Shown piece after piece: positions 25,790 to 33,773 of a stretch of 37,607 nt of DNA. How positions within the stretch are numbered: the stretch's first letter is position 1; each line of letters starts with the position of its first letter. The translations under genes and the position numbers were made by a program. The notes under the pieces are model-generated. The model saw only the letters and a program-made list of their open reading frames with translations, was not told the origin of the DNA and did no database searches. This stretch comes from a virus (taxonomy: Duplodnaviria; Caudoviricetes), in IMG/VR virus record IMGVR_UViG_3300010362_000053, positions 1-37,607 of that record; one strand, written 5' to 3'.

Positions 25790-26424
25790 TCCAGATGCCA
25801 GATCCGTCGCGACTTCCACAGCCGCCGATCCTCACGAATCGTGCGACGGCCCTTGATGTACGTCTGATCCCAGGCAAGTTCACCCGTATCGGGATGAAGA
25901 TGCTTGACACAAGCGTCCTCGGCATAGGCATAGACGCCGCGCTTCTGTGCTGTGGCAATCAGTTCATCGTCAACACAGTTGTGGGCGTACAGCGTGCAGA
26001 GCGGTCCTTGCTCGCCTGTGATGACAGGCTGCTCGGCGTAGGAGCGCGTGATCAGGAAGTGCGTCGTGTGCTCACGCGAGCGCTTGATCAGATCGTTGAT
26101 ACCGACGACCTGAACGCCATCCTTGAGCAGCGCTGACGCCGCCTCAAACCATCCCGACTGCGGACTGAGATCATCCGCACCAAGGAAGATCAACGGCTCA
26201 TCTGTGAGCCTGACAGCGGTGTTGATCTTCTCGGCGTAGTTGACCTTGCGGACAAACAGGATCTCGCCGCCTGCTGCATGGATGGCCTCGATCTCCGCTT
26301 GATCATCGGGATCGGGGATGAAGTACAGGCTGTAGTCAGGAGTATTGTCAGCAAACGCCTTGAGCAACGGCACAACTCGCTCTGGTCGGCGCAGCACAGG
26401 AACAAGAACAGCGAGGCGACTCAC
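25786..26424 (-). CDS. glycosyltransferase family 2-like
   Basis: AVLVP..RR, FLGADD, HNCVDDEL, VKHLHP. Confidence 0.85.
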   Translation of the reverse strand: MSRLAVLVPVLRRPERVVPLLKAFADNTPDYSLYFIPDPDDQAEIEAIHAAGGEILFVRKVNYAEKINTAVRLTDEPLIFLGADDLSPQSGWFEAASALLKDGVQVVGINDLIKRSREHTTHFLITRSYAEQPVITGEQGPLCTLYAHNCVDDELIATAQKRGVYAYAEDACVKHLHPDTGELAWDQTYIKGRRTIREDRRLWKSRRIWHLE

Positions 26425-27590
26425 ACAAGCCCCACCAATGTCACGACAAGACGTTGGGCAGTGAGTGGCGCACCGCTAGCCCGAAGCGCAACGTCGAAAG
26501 CGGCATAGCCAGAGAACATCGTCGCCCTCGCGCCGACGTTGAAGCTCACGAACTTAGTTGAGTCGTCCTTGTCTTGGATATAGAGCACCTGCGGATCAGC
26601 CACCGAATCGATGTAGGTCGTCGTATCGATGCCATCAGCAGTCATGTCAGCGAGGTAGACGTGACGCACATCAGCGTAGGCCACAGCGTCAAACCGCAAT
26701 TGCCCATTAGCAGGCGGCGTGACTGTGTTCGTGTTGAACGTGTACTCAGCCGTGCCACTCATGCTCAGCGGCCCCGGATCGCCCTGCGGACCAGTAGGGC
26801 CAGCAGGACCGGGAGGCCCAGGCGGTCCCTCGACGTACACAATGTCACCATCACCGCCGTCGCCACCCGTACCGACCGTGATCGGAATGAGCGCGGTGTC
26901 GTAGCCCTTGATGAGCATGTAATCACTGGCGTCAGTGTCGGGACGGTAGGTTCCGGCATTCTGACCCCACACCGCGCGCCGGATCATCAATTCCTCAACT
27001 TCGGTGAGCATGATCCCGCTGCCCGGAAGCTCGCGCGGATACGTCGTGGTGCTGCTATACGCACCAAGGCTCTCCGAGATCTGCCCGAGCGCCTGCGGGT
27101 TTGCCATCGCGCGGCAGGCAAGCTCCACCGCCAGCATTGACAACAGCGGTTCGATCTCAGCCGGTGGTTGCCAGGAGGCATCCTTATCGGCGGCGTTGTA
27201 GATGTTCGTGGTGGCCTGACGCAACAGCGCATCAGCCTGTGCCGTCTGCCGCTCGGTCAGATCGCGACCGAGCCGGATCTCGACATCGCTGACTTCCGCC
27301 AACGCTCCTGTCGCGCAGCACTCGGTATCGATGGGCAACGTGGCGTCCTGATTGCCGCTCTGATCAACCCACACCAGGCGCAACCATTCAACAGTCGCGT
27401 CGTCATACGCGACCGTGAAATTACGGGTCTGCGGCTGACTCGGATCGTCATCGATGGGATCAAGCGGAAATGCCTCCACCTGCGCCCACGGGCCACTCTG
27501 CTCGGGAGCGCCCTCAATCCGCGCCACAGCCCATGCCTGACCGTCGTAGCGCGGCATCGGCTTGTAATCGGTCAGGCTAATCACGCTCAT
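26421..27590 (-). CDS. head-to-tail adaptor fused to a collagen segment and an extra C-terminal domain
   Basis: LA..SDVE.RLGR.LT...A..LL..A...ESLGAYS...LT..E adaptor motif; GPPGPPGPAGPTGPQGDPGP. Confidence 0.75.
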   Translation of the reverse strand: MSVISLTDYKPMPRYDGQAWAVARIEGAPEQSGPWAQVEAFPLDPIDDDPSQPQTRNFTVAYDDATVEWLRLVWVDQSGNQDATLPIDTECCATGALAEVSDVEIRLGRDLTERQTAQADALLRQATTNIYNAADKDASWQPPAEIEPLLSMLAVELACRAMANPQALGQISESLGAYSSTTTYPRELPGSGIMLTEVEELMIRRAVWGQNAGTYRPDTDASDYMLIKGYDTALIPITVGTGGDGGDGDIVYVEGPPGPPGPAGPTGPQGDPGPLSMSGTAEYTFNTNTVTPPANGQLRFDAVAYADVRHVYLADMTADGIDTTTYIDSVADPQVLYIQDKDDSTKFVSFNVGARATMFSGYAAFDVALRASGAPLTAQRLVVTLVGLV

Positions 27591-30034
27591 GCTCTCACTC
27601 TCCTACCAGGCGAATTACAGAGAACTCTACCGTTTTGCGCACACACGGCCCGTCCAATACTGCTGACGACCATGCGACCAGTCACCGACTCAAACCCAGG
27701 AGGCCGGGGCTCAATCGACCAACCCGTCAGACGCAAGCCGCCATCCGGGCCATCGCTGTAGTCAATCTCGCCATCCGAGAGGTAGGCATCGGATGCGCGC
27801 CCACGAAGGACGAGCGTACCCGTCGTGGTATCGATGAACACGCTTGCGCGGCTTAGGACACCTGATAGATCAAGCGTCCCGAGCGGATGATCATCACCAA
27901 CGACAACGTGATAATCATCAGTTGCATCACCGCTCAGTCGCAGCGCGCCCGAGATCTCTTCGTGGTAACGGAACTGCGCCGCGCAGGAGCCGGTAATGTT
28001 GATGACACCGCTGCATGCAACAGCCCTGCTATTGCTCTCAGCTAACGTGCCCGCTAGCGGGAGCCGTGCCGTAGGCGCATCCGCATGCGCTATCAGCGAA
28101 CCCGAGCAGACATCATGGAAAATGTGTTTATTAGCGCAGCTACCCGACAGCGGTAGTGATCCACTCGGCGTGGAACTATGAACCTGCACCGGCACCGGCT
28201 TGAACGCCAGCATCATTCCTGTCGAGCCAACAGGGCTGGTCGCCATCGGTGTGACCATGAAGTTCTGCGTCGGAACCAGGCCAGCTTGAGCCTTGACCAT
28301 ATACGCCCAGATTTGCAGCGCGTTATCGCCCGACCCAGTAAAGAACGCATTGCCGACAAGGCCGAAACCGGAGGGTGGGCGCGTGCTCGTATAGTTTTCG
28401 GGGTAGCGCCCACGCCCACCGATTGACATCACCAGCGCGTTGTCACTAATCGTCGTGATCGGTTGGCCGGTGGGCACGACCGACGTGGATTGAACCGTCT
28501 GCGGAAGCCCAGCGGCCTCAACCACCGAGGATAGATCGCGCAAGTCAAGATTCCTGAACGACGCCACACGCGCTGCAACTGGCGATCCAGCATCGCCCGG
28601 ACTCGTCCCCATGACAATGACAGGTGGAGCAACCTCAAGCGAGTCAGCAATCTTGCCATAAAGAAGAAGGTTTCCACCAACAGTGCTGACACCAGCAAGC
28701 TGAACCCAATCAGAAGATGGCGGTATCTGAACATTACTCTCTGACGCGCCGCCAACGAACAGCAGAAGTAGATCGCCAACGTCATAGTTCGCGAATGTGT
28801 CTGGGCGCAATACAGTCGGATTGGCAACCACATTTGCCGACGCCACACCATCACCAGGAATACCTACCGGCCTCGGCGTACCAGACGGAAGTGTCTCAGC
28901 AGGCCATCCCCACATCCGTAGCTTGCCCAAGACAGCAACGCTATTGGCATAGCGCTCGCCAGCAACACCACCAAAAGCTAGACGACCAGTTGGCACATCA
29001 TTACAGCGCCGGAACTCGGTACGAGTACCAGCAATGCCTATCGCGCCAGCAGCCGGTGCGTCGTTGTAAACCGTATGAACAGTGTGGATGCTCGTCGCCG
29101 TCCCTGCCAGCGCCAGAGCACCCATAGGAGCATCGGTGTAAAACTTCAGCCGTTGATCAACACACGCGCCTGAGAAAGCCATCCGCCCACTTGGCGCATC
29201 GCTAAACCCATGCGTAAAGCTGTCAACACAGGAGCCTGCGAGCGCGATGCTTCCAGCAGGAGCATCAGTATTGACAATACGCTTGAGATAGCTGTCTACA
29301 CAGCTACCCGTGCAAATAATGCTGCCAGAGCACGAATCATTGTAGGTCGGGCCACCAACCTTCTGCGCAACTGCTGCACCAACAGCAAAGGTCGTAGCAG
29401 TACCCGAAAACCGGCCCAGCAGAGCAACACTAGTGACTTGAGACGCACCAGTGTAATACAACATCCCACAGGAGCGGTTTGATGATCCCACACCACCAGT
29501 TGTAAGAACCTCTTCTATTGGTTCTGCCGAACCAGGGATAGATGCGCCAGTAGTCTCTCTGGCAAACGTATTTGAGCTTGCCTGAGTAAAGACGCCTATC
29601 CACAAGTCTGTTGCCGTATAGGTTGTACTCGCAGTATTGACGCCACCCGGAAAGGCATTAGCCGTTACTGCGCTGCCGCCGGTAGCGGTTCCAGTGAAGC
29701 GCGTATTGCCCACACCAGAGAACTCAGCCGATACTGCGGCGATGGTGGGGAAGACCGGAGACTGATCAATAGTAATGGCAGTGAGCGTGCCAGGATTGGT
29801 GATGTCGGCTCGATATAGCCGAGTGCTACCAAGCCCTGACAAAAGCCCAGCGGCAACCACCGAATAGGTATTACCGAGATTGTCGGACACTGTGACAGCA
29901 GTCGTCTGATCCGAAGTCACAAGGCCGACAAAGATTGTATTGCCAGCACTGACGACAGCGCTACCCGAGAGAACGAGAGAGCTACCCGTACCCTTAGCAG
30001 TTCCGCTGAACAGAGCCTTGACGAGTGCAGGCAT
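27587..30034 (-). CDS. large Ser/Thr/Gly-rich virion protein (head/neck fibre-like) with ~22-25 aa repeats
   Basis: 815 aa, between capsid and adaptor; beta-rich domains separated by repeat blocks. Confidence 0.7.
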   Translation of the reverse strand: MPALVKALFSGTAKGTGSSLVLSGSAVVSAGNTIFVGLVTSDQTTAVTVSDNLGNTYSVVAAGLLSGLGSTRLYRADITNPGTLTAITIDQSPVFPTIAAVSAEFSGVGNTRFTGTATGGSAVTANAFPGGVNTASTTYTATDLWIGVFTQASSNTFARETTGASIPGSAEPIEEVLTTGGVGSSNRSCGMLYYTGASQVTSVALLGRFSGTATTFAVGAAVAQKVGGPTYNDSCSGSIICTGSCVDSYLKRIVNTDAPAGSIALAGSCVDSFTHGFSDAPSGRMAFSGACVDQRLKFYTDAPMGALALAGTATSIHTVHTVYNDAPAAGAIGIAGTRTEFRRCNDVPTGRLAFGGVAGERYANSVAVLGKLRMWGWPAETLPSGTPRPVGIPGDGVASANVVANPTVLRPDTFANYDVGDLLLLFVGGASESNVQIPPSSDWVQLAGVSTVGGNLLLYGKIADSLEVAPPVIVMGTSPGDAGSPVAARVASFRNLDLRDLSSVVEAAGLPQTVQSTSVVPTGQPITTISDNALVMSIGGRGRYPENYTSTRPPSGFGLVGNAFFTGSGDNALQIWAYMVKAQAGLVPTQNFMVTPMATSPVGSTGMMLAFKPVPVQVHSSTPSGSLPLSGSCANKHIFHDVCSGSLIAHADAPTARLPLAGTLAESNSRAVACSGVINITGSCAAQFRYHEEISGALRLSGDATDDYHVVVGDDHPLGTLDLSGVLSRASVFIDTTTGTLVLRGRASDAYLSDGEIDYSDGPDGGLRLTGWSIEPRPPGFESVTGRMVVSSIGRAVCAQNGRVLCNSPGRRVRA

Positions 30035-30052
30035 TAGTCAGCCCAGAACGAC

Positions 30053-30089
30053 GAACCGGCCCACACTCTCCTGGCAGCATGAGCCGGTT
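30053..30089 (-). terminator. hairpin after the capsid/decoration genes
   Basis: GAACCGGCTCA...TGGGCCGGTTC stem on the minus strand; poor U tail. Confidence 0.45.
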
Positions 30090-30149
30090 CTAGTCATCGT
30101 CATGTGTGCTGTCGTAGTCCGCCGACGCTCTTGAGTGTCAGATCACCTC

Positions 30150-30563
30150 CTAGCCGACGTTGAGCGTTGGCGTGACGTTCTCAGTCGTGTTTGCACCGCT
30201 GAGATCGCGTGGAGCGCCACCCGGCTGCAAGTTCCACGCGCAGATGGCCTTGCCTGACGCAGCCGAGCCAGTGGCGAGGACGATGCTGCGGACAGAGGCA
30301 GGCCAGTTCGTCGCAGAGCCCGTATCCCACGACATCTGCGCGAACGTGACGACACCGTTGACAGGCGTCGGCTCGGCCTGGCTCTTGCGGGCGTATGCGG
30401 TGCCGGTGATCTCACCGAGATCACCAGCGGCCAGCGTCTCACCGGCTGTGTGCGCCGTCCCTGCGTCAACACCCTTGGTGCTGAGCAGGAAGTAGCAAGT
30501 GGCGGGCAGGCCGTTGGAGGCCATTTCCGACTTGCCTTCGTTGAACGCAATGAAGTCGGCCAT
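30150..30563 (-). CDS. virion structural protein (capsid-adjacent, EITGTAYAR motif)
   Basis: Immediately after the capsid gene; AAGGAG RBS. Confidence 0.7.
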   Translation of the reverse strand: MADFIAFNEGKSEMASNGLPATCYFLLSTKGVDAGTAHTAGETLAAGDLGEITGTAYARKSQAEPTPVNGVVTFAQMSWDTGSATNWPASVRSIVLATGSAASGKAICAWNLQPGGAPRDLSGANTTENVTPTLNVG

Positions 30564-30596
30564 GTGCTCGGCTCCTTTCTAGCCGTGGAGGCTTGG

Positions 30597-31619
30597 TTAG
30601 GAACCGGCTCCGAGATCGAGAGCCACCGCACCTTCGACGCGCGTCTTCGCGATCCCGTAGAGGAAGTCCACACTGACGACATCTTGCTTGTACTTGATGT
30701 CGTAGTCATAGACCACGCGCAGAGTGAGGCCCTTGTAGGACTCGATCGCGACTTGGCTGCTGGCCGCGCCAAGCGGGGCCTGCATCGCGCGGGAGGCGAG
30801 CGTCACGGCGGTGCGATGGAACGCAACACCGTCAGCAGTGCCGACATCGCCCGGTCCCGCACCGAACGCCTGCGACTCGTAGGTGTCGATACCGAAGACA
30901 CGCCCCACGCTGGCCTCGCGCAGCGCATCCGTGGAACCGCTCTTGTCGGCCTCCACAAACAGCGGATCGGAGAGCGCAACAGTAGTGCCCTCGGGCGAGA
31001 GGACGCCATAGCGCTGCGTGGTGGGGAGCTTGTTGCGCGTCAGCACCTCGCGCGCCTTGAGCATGGCGTCGGACCCCTTGGTGTCCATCGTGACGGTCCC
31101 GCCACCTCCGGTGTCGTTGGAGGCGTCCACCAGGGCAGCGGCGAGCGCTGCATCGACAGCCTGAGTGATGGCCTCCATCGCAGGCGTCAGGAGCCTCGCA
31201 GAGAAGTCATCAATGCTGAGGCTCAGTTCCTCCGACGTGACGGGGAACGAGACATCCGCGATGTGATCGAGCGCGACCGGCACGCCTTCCTCGGCGGCGT
31301 CCTGTAGCACAATACCGGTGGCACGGTTGAAGTCCTGCGCCTCGAAAACGGCGGGCTTGCGAACGGTGATCGTGTCGCCCTGCTTGCCGGTGAAGTCGGG
31401 ATCGAAATCCCGCCACACCAGACCGGCGAGCACCGTGGTGTTGTAGAGCGTTGCCAGTCCGACGCGAGCGATGAGGTTCGGCGTAAGAAGAGTGTTGTCA
31501 CCACCAGCCATCGGGGCGAGCCAACCCTCTGCACGGGCCTTGGCAAGCTCTTCGGGCGTCATCCGCTGAACTTGCGCCAGCGAGAGGACTCCCTGGAACT
31601 TCCTCGGGTACTGCGGCAT
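30597..31619 (-). CDS. major capsid protein (HK97 fold, P22-coat-like actinophage type)
   Basis: GDTITVRKP...GRVFG.D.YES...AFH..A..LA.R...LRV..DYD......SVDFLYG motif. Confidence 0.92.
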   Translation of the reverse strand: MPQYPRKFQGVLSLAQVQRMTPEELAKARAEGWLAPMAGGDNTLLTPNLIARVGLATLYNTTVLAGLVWRDFDPDFTGKQGDTITVRKPAVFEAQDFNRATGIVLQDAAEEGVPVALDHIADVSFPVTSEELSLSIDDFSARLLTPAMEAITQAVDAALAAALVDASNDTGGGGTVTMDTKGSDAMLKAREVLTRNKLPTTQRYGVLSPEGTTVALSDPLFVEADKSGSTDALREASVGRVFGIDTYESQAFGAGPGDVGTADGVAFHRTAVTLASRAMQAPLGAASSQVAIESYKGLTLRVVYDYDIKYKQDVVSVDFLYGIAKTRVEGAVALDLGAGS

Positions 31620-31722
31620 AGCCTACTTGTCCTTTCCACACAGTTGACACTTTGCTTGCCAGCTATGCAGCGGGCTTACTACAAACAGCAGGCTATGCAG
31701 CCCCGCTTGGGAGAAGGAGAGT

Positions 31723-32550
31723 TTACTCCTTCTTCTGAATCCGTGCTAGATGCTCCTCGACGGACATATCTTCAACGTTCTTGCTACCGCCGCCTGAGCC
31801 ACGGCCACCATCTGCGCCACCCTTCACCTTCTGACGGCCACCAGCAGCACCAGTGCCATTTCCGGCAGTGGCTTGCAGGTGTGGCTTGTCCTCCAAAAGC
31901 TCTTGCAGAGCCTCGGAGAGCGAGTCCGTGACAACCCTGTTCTTGTCATCAAAGATGTCATCCTCTTCGATGTCACCCCTGCGGATGGCGCGCTCGATGT
32001 ACGTCACAGCGTCGTCAGGGTCCGCGAACTTGATCGTCTTCTCTTCTTCCTTGTCGCCATCTTTGACCTTGATCTTGAAGCCCTTGCCCGCGAGCTTGAG
32101 CGTGGCGTTCTCAAGCCGGTCGGCGCGGCGCTCCTTCTCGGCCTCGGCCTTGGCCTTGTTTTCGCCCTCCTCGCGAGCGGCGTTCACGGCCTTCTCATGC
32201 TCAGACTGATCGAGCGCATCGCGATCAGTGACCTTCTTCTCAGCGGTGTCAGCACGCTTGCGCTGCTTCTTGGCCTCGCGCTCATGCTTGCGAGCCATTG
32301 CCTTCCAGTCGATCTTGTCGCCACTCTTGGCGTCATCGTCGTCGTCATCGTCATCATCATCGTCGTCATCGCCGCCCGACGAGCCACCAGCCCCGCCACC
32401 GTCTCCACCCCCGCTGCCACCCGAGCCGCCCCCTGAGCCACCTGTCTCATTGCGCGGATGCCAGTCAGGAATACTGGCAAGACGTTGTGTCCACTCCTCT
32501 TCCTCGATCTCCGCGAGTTCGAGAAGCAGATCAATGATGTTGTCAGCCAT
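31723..32550 (-). CDS. scaffolding protein
   Basis: Gly/Asp-rich linker, DWKAMARKHE.EAK motif, coiled coil, LL..KPHL; upstream of the capsid gene. Confidence 0.88.
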   Translation of the reverse strand: MADNIIDLLLELAEIEEEEWTQRLASIPDWHPRNETGGSGGGSGGSGGGDGGGAGGSSGGDDDDDDDDDDDDDAKSGDKIDWKAMARKHEREAKKQRKRADTAEKKVTDRDALDQSEHEKAVNAAREEGENKAKAEAEKERRADRLENATLKLAGKGFKIKVKDGDKEEEKTIKFADPDDAVTYIERAIRRGDIEEDDIFDDKNRVVTDSLSEALQELLEDKPHLQATAGNGTGAAGGRQKVKGGADGGRGSGGGSKNVEDMSVEEHLARIQKKE

Positions 32551-32569
32551 GCGGCAGTTCTCCTGTTAG

Positions 32570-32887
32570 CTATGCAGCCAGTCTCAGAAGAGAGTCAGGC
32601 GGGGTTTCCTTGAGATCATTCCTGTAGATGCGTATGAGCGAGCGAGCAGCCTTCTGCTTCGCCTCAGCCGGTGCCTGAACGCCGCCACGGCCTCCTGCCA
32701 GCACTGCTGCGGCAGCATGAACGGCTCCCCGATTGATCGCACCACCAGGGGTCTTGATCGGGAGCTTGCACAGCGCCTTACTCTTGGTACCGGTGTTGAG
32801 ATCGATCAGACAGGCTGCGCAATAGCGCTCTGGCGTGGCGTAATCAGCAGGAGTAATGTCACTCCACGGCTTTTCTGAAACAGCCAC
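32570..32887 (-). CDS. conserved head-module protein (PWSD...CLID...KLPIK.P.G..N..AVHAAAA)
   Basis: Motif familiar from actinophage head modules; function unknown. Confidence 0.7.
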   Translation of the reverse strand: MAVSEKPWSDITPADYATPERYCAACLIDLNTGTKSKALCKLPIKTPGGAINRGAVHAAAAVLAGGRGGVQAPAEAKQKAARSLIRIYRNDLKETPPDSLLRLAA

Positions 32888-32898
32888 GACAGGACTCC

Positions 32899-33054
32899 CT
32901 ACTCGCTCTCCTCGGCCTCAGCCTTCTTCTTCTTGCTGGCCTTCTTCTCGGCCTTCTCGGCACCCGGACCGGGGGAGCCGACCTTGCTCACCGGCTCCAT
33001 GTTGGCCTTCATATCCTCGCGTGAGAGGACTCCCTGCGGTGCGTCATCAGTCAT
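32899..33054 (-). CDS. small Lys/Glu-rich protein (51 aa, MTDDAPQGVLSREDMK...)
   Basis: Not in the ORF track; ATGA overlap with the MuF-like stop; GAGGA upstream. Confidence 0.6.
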   Translation of the reverse strand: MTDDAPQGVLSREDMKANMEPVSKVGSPGPGAEKAEKKASKKKKAEAEESE

Positions 33055-33773
33055 GCTGCAATTTCCTCCTCTGTCGTGAATCCGTACTTTGGATCTCCGA
33101 TGTATGCGCCCAGTTCACCGTGCTGATGGATGGCATAGTCGTCAGTCTTGACGGTTTCGCCTGACGGCAGATACCGAGCGCGCGGATGCGGTCTGGTCAG
33201 CGGTTCCAACCCGCAGCCACAGCGATTATGCAGCGGCGAGGCATCAGCAGATTTGACGTAAGCACCATTGACAGCCACGCAGAAGGGACAGGCTCCTGCG
33301 TCGGCAACGCGCTGATAGCCATAGATGCCATCGTCGGCGGTCTGCACGGCCTGATAGGTGGCACGCGAGGACAGTTGGATGTCCATCTGCGCCGTCGCAT
33401 CCGCTCGCGCTCGACCGGCGTTCACGGCATCCACCCAATCAACACCCTTGCCAAGCGCCGTCCAGACGTTGATGAACGGCCTACGGTAGACCTCATCAGG
33501 CGGCGTCCCGGCACGCACGGCTGCCCCTACCAACTCGTCGGGAGCGATGCCGAGCGGAGGCCGACGCAACATGCGTGCCAGGAACGCCTCAGTCAGCGCG
33601 ACGGATTGACGCTGACCAGCCAGCACGACCGGGACAACAATCGCTACAAACTGATCCACGGTCGTCTCGTCGTACGTCGGTAGGTTGTCCCATGCGAGGA
33701 GGACGGCAGCAGCCACGACACCGCGCAAATGGGCTTGTGCGCGGATATGGGCCGCAGTCAAGGCTGCTGCCAT
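33051..33773 (-). CDS. MuF-like minor head/capsid maturation protein
   Basis: GYQRV....ACPFC...H.RCGC motif; follows the portal gene. Confidence 0.8.
   Translation of the reverse strand: MAAALTAAHIRAQAHLRGVVAAAVLLAWDNLPTYDETTVDQFVAIVVPVVLAGQRQSVALTEAFLARMLRRPPLGIAPDELVGAAVRAGTPPDEVYRRPFINVWTALGKGVDWVDAVNAGRARADATAQMDIQLSSRATYQAVQTADDGIYGYQRVADAGACPFCVAVNGAYVKSADASPLHNRCGCGLEPLTRPHPRARYLPSGETVKTDDYAIHQHGELGAYIGDPKYGFTTEEEIAA

Noticed and set aside
32330-32445. TCG/TCA triplet and Gly-codon tandem repeats
   Set aside because: They encode the poly-Asp and Gly/Ser linker of the scaffolding protein; not a CRISPR array or VNTR system.
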